Source of the DNA: Pseudomonadota bacterium
GTDB taxonomy: Bacteria; Bdellovibrionota; FAC87; UBA2466
Direction of reading: 5' to 3'
Assembly (NCBI GenBank): GCA_043718025.1
Contig: JAYSWN010000203.1
Coordinates: 1-18,766 of the forward strand
DNA: 18,766 nucleotides
How positions within the stretch are numbered: the first letter of the stretch is position 1; every line of letters starts with the position of its first letter. The notes below the pieces were generated by a model that had not been told where the DNA came from, did no database searches, and saw only the letters and a list, made by a program, of their open reading frames with translations. Position numbers and translations under genes: made by a program. Positions 1 to 8,376 of the stretch are shown one piece after another.

Positions 1-4
1 GCGG

Positions 5-1825
5 GTGGCTCGGCTTGTAAAAAAAGAAGATTTGGCAATCGTGGCCGACAACATCAATCGCGTCCTCCGCGGCGAAAAAAATCCGGTAGTGATCGAATGT
101 AAAGTATGCGCTAAGGATGGCTCAATTTTAGTTTTGGAATCAACGGTAAAACTAACGAGAAAGTCGGAGTTTTCTGGAGGCAGATCTTCGTTGAATATCG
201 TCAGCCGCGATATCACCCAACTAAAACGATCCCGTGCGGATCTTGAACGCCAAGTAGAATTAAGGACCTCCGAACTCTCTGATACCGAGGCCCGGCTAAG
301 CGCCATTTTCGAGCAATCCCCGTGCGGCATCGCCCAGGTAGATTTGATCGGCAATTTTATTTTCGTTACCGACCAATTTTGTAAAATCGTGGGCTGGTCG
401 CGTGAGGAATTACTAAGAATGCGGGCACACGACCTGACGCATCCCGATGATCTGGACCTCAATGTGCGTGAGTTCGAAGCCTGTATTTCGCAAGGAACCC
501 CTTACTGTATTGAAAAGCGGTATCTGCGCAGAGACGGTGCGGTGGTTTGGGTGAATAATACTGTTTCGGCATTGCGCAATTCGAACGGCACACCTACATC
601 AGTCGTAGCGGTCTGTGAGGACCTCACTTTTCTTAAACGAGCTCAGGCTGAAGTGAACGAGAAAGAAAATCGTTTTCAGAATATTGTGGATACATCGCCC
701 ATCATGATGTGCACTTCGGAAGTAAACGGAGATGTTTTTTTCAACAAAGCGTGGAATGATTTTCAAGAACAGAGCGAACGGTCAGATTCTAGAGAAAGTT
801 GGCTTGCCGGGGTCCATCCGGAAGACGCCGATACCACTCGGGCCGTCTATCAACGCGCCATCAGAACAAGAAATTCTTATCAAATGGAATACCGCCTCCG
901 GCGGCACGATCGAGAATACCGTTGGATTTTGGAGAGCGGAACTCCCCGTTATTTGGCGGATGGAACTTACCTTGGCCTGATGGGTTCTGCCCTCGATATT
1001 ACGGGCCGTAAACTTGCCGAGATGGAACTTAAACGGGCGATGCAGGCGTTAGAAACTCAAACCAACGAACTATTAAAATCGAATGACGAGCTGGCTCGCT
1101 TTGCCTACGTTGCTTCCCATGACCTAAAAGAGCCGCTCAGAGTGGTTACCATGTACCTTCAATTGCTCAAGAAACTGCACGAGGGGAAGCTCGAGGCGGG
1201 GGCCGAGCAGTATATTCAAAATGCCGTAGAGGGAGCAAAACGAATGTATAGCCTCATCGACGATTTGTTGGCTTTTTCTAAAATCGGATTACCCGGAAAC
1301 AAGAAGGAAACCAAAGAGACGGATTTAAACCAGTTAATAATAGAGGTGTTGGCAAATTTAAATTCGGCCGTTATCGAAAGCGGAGCTGAAATCACGGTTG
1401 AGCTTTTGCCGAAAGTCATGTCCGACCGGGCCGAGGTAGCTCAGGTCTTTCAAAACCTAATAAGCAATGCAATCAAATACGCGGGTAAAATACGGCCCAA
1501 AATCACCGTTGGCAGTAAACGTTCTGCCTCAGGAAAAATCAGCTACTTTGTTCGCGACAACGGTATCGGAATTGAGGAGCGGTACTTCGACAAAATTTTT
1601 GTGCTTTTTCAGCGGCTACATAGCCCCGAGGCTTATCCCGGCACCGGAATTGGTCTGGCGGTTTGCAAGAAGATAGTTGAGCAAAACGGCGGGCAAATCT
1701 GGGTAGAAAGTGAGCCTGGAAAAGGCAGCACATTCCATTTTACACTGCCCGGCCCGAAGCGAAGCTCGGTTATTCCACTGCCAAATCTGGCACGACGCGA
1801 AACACAACGAGAGGCAAATTTGTGA
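5..1825 (+). CDS. Multi-PAS/PAC sensor histidine kinase (phytochrome-type HisKA/HATPase module); probably 5'-truncated by the window edge
   Basis: PAS/PAC motifs (THPDD..EKRYLRRDG..WV; VHPED..EYRLRRHD..YRW). H-box FAYVASHDLKEPLR, N-box QVFQNLISNAIKY, G1 DNGIGI, G2 GTGIGLA. The frame is open back to the window start. Confidence 0.95.
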   Translation: MARLVKKEDLAIVADNINRVLRGEKNPVVIECKVCAKDGSILVLESTVKLTRKSEFSGGRSSLNIVSRDITQLKRSRADLERQVELRTSELSDTEARLSAIFEQSPCGIAQVDLIGNFIFVTDQFCKIVGWSREELLRMRAHDLTHPDDLDLNVREFEACISQGTPYCIEKRYLRRDGAVVWVNNTVSALRNSNGTPTSVVAVCEDLTFLKRAQAEVNEKENRFQNIVDTSPIMMCTSEVNGDVFFNKAWNDFQEQSERSDSRESWLAGVHPEDADTTRAVYQRAIRTRNSYQMEYRLRRHDREYRWILESGTPRYLADGTYLGLMGSALDITGRKLAEMELKRAMQALETQTNELLKSNDELARFAYVASHDLKEPLRVVTMYLQLLKKLHEGKLEAGAEQYIQNAVEGAKRMYSLIDDLLAFSKIGLPGNKKETKETDLNQLIIEVLANLNSAVIESGAEITVELLPKVMSDRAEVAQVFQNLISNAIKYAGKIRPKITVGSKRSASGKISYFVRDNGIGIEERYFDKIFVLFQRLHSPEAYPGTGIGLAVCKKIVEQNGGQIWVESEPGKGSTFHFTLPGPKRSSVIPLPNLARRETQREANL

Positions 1826-2262
1826 ACGAATGTGAGAACGGCCCGGTTCGCGAGGTTTGGTTAATCGAGGACAATCTCGCCGACTCTTTCCTTTTCGAAA
1901 CGCTTCTGGGAGATAAGCTCAAGAATGGAAAATTGAGAGTTTGGCGCGACGGTATTGAAGCTATTTCGGAGCTGGCTAAGCGATCGAAACAGGTTGAACC
2001 GTCACTCCCTAAGCTAATTTTACTTGATCTGAATCTTCCCCGAATGGACGGCCGGGAGTTATTAAAAGCGATCAAATCAGATCAGGCCCTCATGAAAATC
2101 CCCATAATCATACTCTCCACTTCAAGTGCCGATCGAGATATTTCTGATACTTACGCGTTAGGGGCAAACGCCTTTCTCTCCAAGCCCCTCGACCTCGACG
2201 GGCTAGATACCATGATCACCAGACTAAGGCTGTTTTGGCTAGATTGCGCCCTTCTACCGTAA
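1822..2262 (+). CDS. Single-domain response regulator (Rcp1-like receiver)
   Basis: LIEDN acidic pocket, LILLDLNLPRMDG phospho-Asp, LSTS and GANAFLSKP motifs. GTGA overlap with the kinase stop codon. Confidence 0.95.
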   Translation: MNECENGPVREVWLIEDNLADSFLFETLLGDKLKNGKLRVWRDGIEAISELAKRSKQVEPSLPKLILLDLNLPRMDGRELLKAIKSDQALMKIPIIILSTSSADRDISDTYALGANAFLSKPLDLDGLDTMITRLRLFWLDCALLP

Positions 2263-2283
2263 AACCGCGTAGACGAGCCATGC

Positions 2284-2300
2284 CGCAATCATAGTGCCAA
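2284..2300 (-). promoter_or_regulatory. Possible sigma-54 (-24/-12) promoter motif
   Basis: The minus strand reads TTGGCAC-TATGA-TTGCG, matching TGGCAC-N5-TTGC. It points antisense into the response regulator, so function is doubtful. Confidence 0.3.
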
Positions 2301-2313
2301 TTGAAGGCGAAAC

Positions 2314-2979
2314 CTATTTTCGAGCGCGAGGGCTGCCCAAGAGTTTTGGCAACTCGGTAACTAAAAAATCAAAGTTTTCGTGGTTCACGTTGAGGGGGGC
2401 CCCTACCTGGACAACGATACGAGAACCCGGCAATGGGTAACGCTTTCCATCCCACGTCCAAAAGGCGACCCATTCGTGGCTGACTCGAATTTGGACCGGA
2501 ATGACCGGCACTCCCGATTGCCGAGCCATATGAAGTACGCCTTTTCTCAAAAGGTGGGGCGGACCGGCCGGCCCATCCGGATTAATAAAAGTGCTGAATT
2601 TTTGGGCTAGCTTTTCAATGACGCGATCAGCTGCCTTCACTCCATTGAACCCAGTTGAGCCCAGAACCAGTTGTTTAACGCCTAAGCGAAACAAAACGAG
2701 ATGAATCGGTTTCATGTACCAAGTGGGATGATTCAAAAGACAAAACGGGCTATGGGTAATGCGAAATATGTCGGCACAAAAAGCGGGCAGATTTTCGCGG
2801 TGCCACATTGCCAAGATGTGATTGGGGGAATGGGTTAGATTCTCCATACCCTCTCTGGAGATTCGACACGTGGCCCGAATCAATAGAATGTAGGAATAAA
2901 GAAGGCCGGCCACGAAATGGGAATAAGCCCAAAAGAGGGGCTTAAGAATTAACGGAATGTTTTCTACGGTGTAACTCAC
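2314..2979 (-). CDS. Lysophospholipid acyltransferase-like protein (DUF374 type)
   Basis: ILAMWH, INPDGPAGPPH..KGVLHMARQSGVPVIP and WD...PLPGSRI motifs typical of DUF374/LPLAT proteins. GTG start. Confidence 0.85.
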   Translation of the reverse strand: MSYTVENIPLILKPLFWAYSHFVAGLLYSYILLIRATCRISREGMENLTHSPNHILAMWHRENLPAFCADIFRITHSPFCLLNHPTWYMKPIHLVLFRLGVKQLVLGSTGFNGVKAADRVIEKLAQKFSTFINPDGPAGPPHLLRKGVLHMARQSGVPVIPVQIRVSHEWVAFWTWDGKRYPLPGSRIVVQVGAPLNVNHENFDFLVTELPKLLGSPRARK

Positions 2980-3062
2980 GCGTAAGATATTAGTCTGTAA
3001 ACACCCAGAGTTCTAGGGAGCTGACGTTTCGGTGGTCACGCAAAAGAGCCGCGCCCAAGTCT
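2966..3062. repeat. Direct repeat copy 1 of a ~97-bp gene junction (orphan-gene 3' end, spacer, DUF374 start)
   Basis: Aligns to 4419-4516 at about 83/98 by hand, including identical 16-bp and 31-bp blocks. Confidence 0.95.
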
Positions 3063-3074
3063 AGCGCCTTTAGC

Positions 3075-3168
3075 GCGGGTTTTTCGGGCAGATTATTCAC
3101 CTAACGTCGCATAACTCGCCTTACCCGGATCGAGCCGATGAAAAATCATGCGGTAATAGCGCCTATCC
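3075..3168. repeat. Degenerate copy A of the dispersed intergenic repeat
   Basis: Contains GTTTTTCGGGCAGATTATT (copy B: GTTTCGGGGCAATTATT). TAA-N6-TTA core at 3104-3131, ending 37 bp before the end of the terminal GCCTATCC (38 bp in copies B and D). Confidence 0.55.
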
Positions 3169-3182
3169 ATTGAGGCGTAACG

Positions 3183-4208
3183 CTATTTTCCTAACTTCTC
3201 GTAAAGTTTTTTAGTTTCGTTGGCCAGCTCTGGTCTGCTCTTGAAATAAGTTGCGAACTTAGGCACGAGAAGTTCAGTGCGAGCTTTGTAAAACTTATAA
3301 AAATCGAGATGGTATTTCGCAGTTTTGCTTAAAGCGTCTCCATAGGCCGCCGCTTTAAGTATATTTGGGGGGACGACCGCTTCGGCACGTTTCCCCAGAA
3401 GAGCGATATGAACCATCATCGCGATTCCCTCTTGCCCCAGCTCAATTGCCGCCTTCGCCTCTTCGAAGCTAGCCATGGTTGCTGCGTGGACATCCAGCTC
3501 TTCAACCGTGTGGATAAACTTTTGGGCCAGGACGTAATGCCCGACTCTAAGAACGGCATTCATTAGCGCTTCATTTTCTTTTACCGCGGTCTCCGAATCG
3601 AGAAGAATTCCTTTTTCTGGGATTTCAAGTTTCGCCATGGCGAGGTAACTGTCTCTCAGAAGCGAAGCTTTAATTTTTTCGTCACTCCACAACTCTTTGT
3701 CTACTCCAACCGACTTCAGAGTGGCTTCGTCAAAGTTTGCTAACTGTCGTTCGTGATGTAGAAATTCGTGCACCAGCGTTGAACTTTTAAGCGGCTTGAC
3801 CTCAGTGTTCACCACCATAAAGGCCTTGCCATCAAAAGGCCTTTCCAGAACTTTGCCTTTAGTAGCAAGGAAACCAACTTTATTGTGCAGGTAGAATGCT
3901 GCAGCCCTGAGACCCTCTTCTTGTCCGGATGCGTAGGACTCGCGTATCAAATCCACATCTGCCTTCGGCACCTCTTTCCCATCCAGAAAAATTGCCTTCT
4001 TAAAATCCGGCGCATCCGCGAAAACTACCTCAACTCCCCACTCGTTTATTTGCTTTAGGCGCACATCGTTGTCCGCCATTTTTGCAAGCTTGATACTGCG
4101 ATCAATGCTGAAATTTTTTCCACCAAACGGGCTGGTAAAGTCGGCGGCGAAGGCGCGCAACGAAATCAATAATGCGAACGAAATTAAGAACAGTGAATTT
4201 GTCTTCAT
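3183..4208 (-). CDS. Secreted hypothetical protein with HExxH zincin motif (possible metallopeptidase)
   Basis: Signal peptide MKTNSLFLISFALLISLRAFA. TLVHEFLHH motif, with a downstream EE as candidate third ligand. Confidence 0.7.
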   Translation of the reverse strand: MKTNSLFLISFALLISLRAFAADFTSPFGGKNFSIDRSIKLAKMADNDVRLKQINEWGVEVVFADAPDFKKAIFLDGKEVPKADVDLIRESYASGQEEGLRAAAFYLHNKVGFLATKGKVLERPFDGKAFMVVNTEVKPLKSSTLVHEFLHHERQLANFDEATLKSVGVDKELWSDEKIKASLLRDSYLAMAKLEIPEKGILLDSETAVKENEALMNAVLRVGHYVLAQKFIHTVEELDVHAATMASFEEAKAAIELGQEGIAMMVHIALLGKRAEAVVPPNILKAAAYGDALSKTAKYHLDFYKFYKARTELLVPKFATYFKSRPELANETKKLYEKLGK

Positions 4209-4336
4209 TTCGCCGTAGTAGCAGTTTCATAAAATTGACACAATGCTCTATCTGTACTTTTCACAAATAAAGAGCGAATGCTTTATCGCTGGTGAAAGTT
4301 ATCCCGATTCTTTTTAGAGGGCCTAAATTCTTTGCC

Positions 4337-4363
4337 AAAAAACGTCACCGCTAGAGCGGTGGC
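4337..4363 (-). terminator. Possible intrinsic terminator downstream of the 4476-5219 gene
   Basis: Minus strand CACCGC-TCTA-GCGGTG stem-loop followed by ACG and T6. Confidence 0.45.
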
Positions 4364-4418
4364 ACGGCTTGCGGCGTCTTTGCCGATGATGGACTCGAGG
4401 TAATCCAGACTTAAAAAC

Positions 4419-4516
4419 ACGGTGTAACTCACGCCATAAGATCCTAGTCCGTAAATGCTTCGAGTTCTAGTGCGCTTACCTTTCGGTGGTCACGCAAAAG
4501 AGCCGCGCCCAGGTCT
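4419..4516. repeat. Direct repeat copy 2 of the ~97-bp gene junction
   Basis: Matches 2966-3062. Holds the true 3' end of the 4476-5219 gene and an orphan GTGAGTTACACCGT copy of the DUF374 start. Confidence 0.95.
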
Positions 4517-5219
4517 CTAATTCATCGGTCAAATACTTATCAACGGCGGGACCGACCTCTTCCATATAGTCCTTCTCGTCCAAATCCTTTAGTTTTCCAG
4601 TGATCAAAAAATCGCTGGCCTTGCGAAAGGAGTTCACGGCTACTTTCAATGAGGCCGCCCTTTTAACAATCGCGCGAGTCCCAAGTTTTACGTCGGCGGG
4701 GGTATGGGCCCTAAGCGCGGCGGAAAGGAGGTCACCCAAACCATCGAGATAGCCGGCGGTGTAAAGAACTTCTTTGATGGCCAGTTTGAATTCGGTGCGC
4801 GGCACCGTGAAATCAACTGAAAACGGACCAGAAATCTGATGTTCACGCTTTAACGACTCTAAGCTGATGGTGTCGAACAGCCCCAGATGAATATCCAAAG
4901 TCTTTTCACGGGCGAAGTCGGTCAGCTGACGAAGCAACTGCGAGTCGCCTTTAAGTGAGGTGTCTACCGTCTTGAGAAATTGAGTTCCCTCGTAGCCGGT
5001 TAAGACGTCGCGCACTTCTGAATTACGCAGGTAAGACACGAGTTCATTTTTCCAACGCTCAATTTCTTGCGGGGTTACGGCCCGTTGATAGACCGGAGGG
5101 GGCGCTACCGTCGCCGATGCGGCAGAAAAAGTCGCCCGCACCACCAAAGGCTGGGGGGCTTCGGCGAAACACGGCTGGGTGGAAACCAAAATCAGGCACG
5201 AAAGAACGAATAGTCGCAT
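4476..5219 (-). CDS. Secreted hypothetical protein
   Basis: The ORF track starts at 5255. ATG 5219 is preferred because it follows a GAGG RBS and begins a signal peptide (MRLFVLSCLILVSTQPCFA). No recognisable domain. Confidence 0.7.
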   Translation of the reverse strand: MRLFVLSCLILVSTQPCFAEAPQPLVVRATFSAASATVAPPPVYQRAVTPQEIERWKNELVSYLRNSEVRDVLTGYEGTQFLKTVDTSLKGDSQLLRQLTDFAREKTLDIHLGLFDTISLESLKREHQISGPFSVDFTVPRTEFKLAIKEVLYTAGYLDGLGDLLSAALRAHTPADVKLGTRAIVKRAASLKVAVNSFRKASDFLITGKLKDLDEKDYMEEVGPAVDKYLTDELETWARLFCVTTER

Positions 5220-5319
5220 GGATACCTCAGTTAAAAATGTATCCTCAAATACCATGCTTTGTCAGAGAAAGCGGAGTGAATACTTGCGTAAAAGCCGTCT
5301 CTTCTATGCCTCCCCCCCA

Positions 5320-6750
5320 CTAGGGGTTAAACGAGGCCAATTTAGTTTCGATTTCAATTTTACGATTTGCCAAAGCATCCGGGTTTTCGCCAGTCAATTG
5401 ATGCCCCATCGCGGTCACTTGCTGTCTGAGTTCTTGCACGTATTGGGTGGAATAGTATTCTATGCCCAAGCCGTCCATGATTGAAGCATAACCCGTCATA
5501 TAGGGATTTTTCTGTTTGGGGTCTCCGGTCCAAGTTGGGCGTGAATGTTCGGGATAGAACGCCTGATAAACTTTAAGTAACGAAAGCATTGTCCCCATTT
5601 GGCGTTTTGCCATTTCTAAATCTACGTAAGAGTCGGCCAGCAATTTTTCGTCTTCTTCAGATAAAATACTGTCTACTTTTTTTCTATGACTTAGATTTGA
5701 AATACGGTCTTCGAAAGCGGTAATTTGAGATTTTGAGGTGTTAAGGGCCGTAGTGAACGTGAGTGGGATATTAACCATGGCGGTATTCCAATAGCTTCTT
5801 CCCACTGCAACGTTGTCCGGTAATATTGAATTTAGCTCGTTGCGGTATTCCAAAAAGGCTTGTTCGGCATTGAGCCACATTTTTTTTGCCTCTTCCACCG
5901 ACGCTCCTTCAATTTGAAACTTCTTGGCGGCAGCCAATTTAACGGACGCGGCATCCATTTTATCTACTTCAAGGGCCATCTTCCCTTTAATCTCAATGCT
6001 CTGCTGAATTTGCGTTAGCCCCATTTGCATGCGCACGCCAATCCAACCCAAATTGGTATTGGTATAACGACTAACGTTGGTCCGAATCGGCGTATTCACA
6101 AAATCTGTTGTTTCATACATTATGTTCTTCATGTTCCAAGCCGCTTGGCTCATCACGATTGCCAGAGCTCCGGTTGCTATCGTGACGGGAGCCCGAACCA
6201 ATTTTTGAGTGCTCCATTTGATCCAGCTCGGACCCTTGGCAAGATCGGGCGAACTTACGTTGCGAAGGTATTCTAAAAAGAGTGATTCGAGCGTCTTGTC
6301 GCCAATGGATCGTACGTCTTTTTGGCTCACGAGATAGTCAACGATTTGAACCAACTCGTTTTTTACTTGGTCAACCCGGCGGAGTTTTCCTGATGAGAGA
6401 TGCATACGGGCAAAGTTATCGGCAACCGAGAGAAGGTCGTTCTTTAATTGTTCGCCCGCTTCGGGGGTGACTCCGTCTTCAAAATAGGTGGTTATGTTTT
6501 TGCCGGCTAACGCTTGGTATTGTTCTGAGGTCATGCCTTCGGCGGGCCAGATTTTTCGACTTAAGTACGGCCCCGGATTCGAACGTTTAGCTAATTCGCC
6601 CATGGCGGTAAGACAGACTTTGAGCCCGGCGACGACCGCCTCTCCCGTTTTAGCGGGCTGTCGGTCACCGGGGACCGAAAGGCTTATAGTGAAAACCCAC
6701 GCCGAAACAGCCACCACGGAAAAGACTATTGTTGAACGAATTAGTGTCAT
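5320..6750 (-). CDS. Hypothetical protein with N-terminal membrane anchor or signal; mostly helical
   Basis: Long ORF (track start 6762; ATG 6750 plausible) with hydrophobic segment IVFSVVAVSAWVFTISL. No family recognised. Confidence 0.7.
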   Translation of the reverse strand: MTLIRSTIVFSVVAVSAWVFTISLSVPGDRQPAKTGEAVVAGLKVCLTAMGELAKRSNPGPYLSRKIWPAEGMTSEQYQALAGKNITTYFEDGVTPEAGEQLKNDLLSVADNFARMHLSSGKLRRVDQVKNELVQIVDYLVSQKDVRSIGDKTLESLFLEYLRNVSSPDLAKGPSWIKWSTQKLVRAPVTIATGALAIVMSQAAWNMKNIMYETTDFVNTPIRTNVSRYTNTNLGWIGVRMQMGLTQIQQSIEIKGKMALEVDKMDAASVKLAAAKKFQIEGASVEEAKKMWLNAEQAFLEYRNELNSILPDNVAVGRSYWNTAMVNIPLTFTTALNTSKSQITAFEDRISNLSHRKKVDSILSEEDEKLLADSYVDLEMAKRQMGTMLSLLKVYQAFYPEHSRPTWTGDPKQKNPYMTGYASIMDGLGIEYYSTQYVQELRQQVTAMGHQLTGENPDALANRKIEIETKLASFNP

Positions 6751-6970
6751 GCCCCTGCCCACCCAAGCGAAAAACGAACTCCGCGCCCTGAGTGTGCAAA
6801 TTAAGGGCCGTGCCGATAGGCCCTAAGGTATTGGGGCCAAACGTCTATCTGCTTCCCATCCCGACAAAAATGGTCAAACCACGAGATTCTTAAGAATTTT
6901 TTATGACGGTGAATGATTCGCTCCATGCGCCGAGCCCAATGAAAAAATAACCCAGTTTTTTCTGCGGATG

Positions 6971-6992
6971 TAGTTTATAGTAAACTATAAAC
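6971..6992. promoter_or_regulatory. Palindromic operator-like site abutting the start codon of HTH-MNT
   Basis: Perfect inverted repeat GTTTATAGT-AA-ACTATAAAC (6973-6992), with overlapping TAGTTTA-TAG-TAAACTA (6971-6987). Confidence 0.6.
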
Positions 6993-7685
6993 ATGAAGCC
7001 GGGCTCAAAATTACAACTACTCGCAATAATTGATAAAGAAGGAGCTTTGGGGGCCTCCGCTCTGGCTACGCGCCTTGGGATTACCCCCCAAGCCCTACAC
7101 CGGCACCTCAAAACGCTCTGCAACCAAGGGCTACTCGAAAAGCAAGGGCACGCTCCTCATACCCGCTACACGCGAGGCACCGAGGGCCGTTCGACCCGTT
7201 CGGGATTGCCCCCTAACAAAACCATTCATGAAACCATTCGGAGTGTTCTCGGCGCTCACCCTGGAGTGCGCTTGGTCGAACTTTTTGGTTCGGTAGCTCG
7301 CGGCGAAGCGGGCGAAAAGAGTGACGTTGATATTATCGTTTGGCTCGGCAAAGCGGAGCCTTTTTCTCGCCAGGATATTTGGCAGTACTGGGACAGGCAA
7401 ACCCGGGCAATTGATTGGGCGCAGCGAGTATCCTTAGTGGTGCGCCGTTTGGCCCCACGTCTATCGATCGACACTCTTCTGCTCGATATGCCGGAGGAAC
7501 ACGTTGCTATCTACGACCGTGGTGGTTTTTTCTCGGCCTTGAAGGAGCAAGTAGAGAGCTGGAGGAGCCGTAATGGGGCCGTGAAAGTCGCTTCTTTTGG
7601 TGGCACTCATTATTGGAAGTACTCCACTCAAGAACGGCTTTTATCTAAAATAAATTTCTCCTTGGTGCTAAAAGATGTCGCCTAA
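6993..7685 (+). CDS. Winged-HTH plus minimal nucleotidyltransferase (MNT) fusion; putative antitoxin
   Basis: N-terminal HTH (ASALATRLGITPQALHRHLKTLCNQGLL), GSx10DxD motif LFGSVARGEAGEKSDVD, C-terminal GGTHYW. Overlaps the HEPN gene by 11 bp. Confidence 0.88.
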   Translation: MKPGSKLQLLAIIDKEGALGASALATRLGITPQALHRHLKTLCNQGLLEKQGHAPHTRYTRGTEGRSTRSGLPPNKTIHETIRSVLGAHPGVRLVELFGSVARGEAGEKSDVDIIVWLGKAEPFSRQDIWQYWDRQTRAIDWAQRVSLVVRRLAPRLSIDTLLLDMPEEHVAIYDRGGFFSALKEQVESWRSRNGAVKVASFGGTHYWKYSTQERLLSKINFSLVLKDVA

Positions 7686-8103
7686 AGATCTACCCAACGC
7701 CTACCTCAAAAAATGCCAAAGCCGTTTGCGGGCTCTACAAGTTTTAATGGACGATAAAAACTACTCAGATGTCGTTCGCGAAGCCCAAGAAATTGTGGAG
7801 CTTTCATCCAAGGGAATTTTACGTATTGCCCTTATCGACCCGCCTCACCGGCACGATGTAGCCGCCGAGCTAAAGGACTCCATTTCCCAACTCGGAGAAG
7901 GGCACCGCAAGGCAATAGAAAGTCTAGCTTCTGCCAACCACTGGCTAAGAAGAGAACGCGAAATGGCCTTCTATGGAGCGGATGACTTCGATCCCACCGA
8001 AGGGTACTCGCTGGCCGACGGAAAACGCGCTTTTGAATGCGCGCAGCACGCAGTGGATCTGCTCTATACGCTGCTATCTCCCGCAAAAAAAACAAAGCGC
8101 TAA
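7675..8103 (+). CDS. HEPN domain protein (partner of MNT; putative toxin)
   Basis: YSDVVREAQEIVELSSKGILR...PPHRHDV...LRREREMAFYG, typical of MNT-associated HEPN proteins. Confidence 0.88.
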   Translation: MSPKDLPNAYLKKCQSRLRALQVLMDDKNYSDVVREAQEIVELSSKGILRIALIDPPHRHDVAAELKDSISQLGEGHRKAIESLASANHWLRREREMAFYGADDFDPTEGYSLADGKRAFECAQHAVDLLYTLLSPAKKTKR

Positions 8104-8345
8104 ATGTAATCTTGAAAGGTGCCTTTCAGCTTGTCTGAAGACAAAAATGAGACGCACTCGGTGCGCCCCCCTACTACAAGAATGACTAATTTTTTGACAC
8201 TTCTTTGCCGCGTCACAATCGGAGCGGTAGCGGTGCCGCGGATATTCTTTGCGAAACAGTGAAGAGCGAGTGGTACACCGTGAGACGCCCGGAAAACATG
8301 CGATCGGTGGCCTGCTCCGAAAGAGCAAAAGTGCGTTGCCTCACG

Positions 8346-8373
8346 AGTGACCGGCGCTAGCCGGGCACTTTTT
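8346..8373 (+). terminator. Intrinsic terminator-like hairpin between convergent genes
   Basis: AGTGACCGGC-GCTA-GCCGGGCACT stem with one mismatch, running into a T5 tract. Confidence 0.5.
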
Positions 8374-8376
8374 AAA

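Noticed and set aside
4229..4256. TCTATCTGTA shared with the end of copy C, and GATAG...CTATC at 6815-6849, as further repeat ends
   Set aside because: Only about 6-10 bp match, which could be chance. Worth rechecking with a profile search.
4360..4372. TGGCAC-GGC-TTGC as a sigma-54 promoter
   Set aside because: The spacing is 3 nt instead of the required 5.
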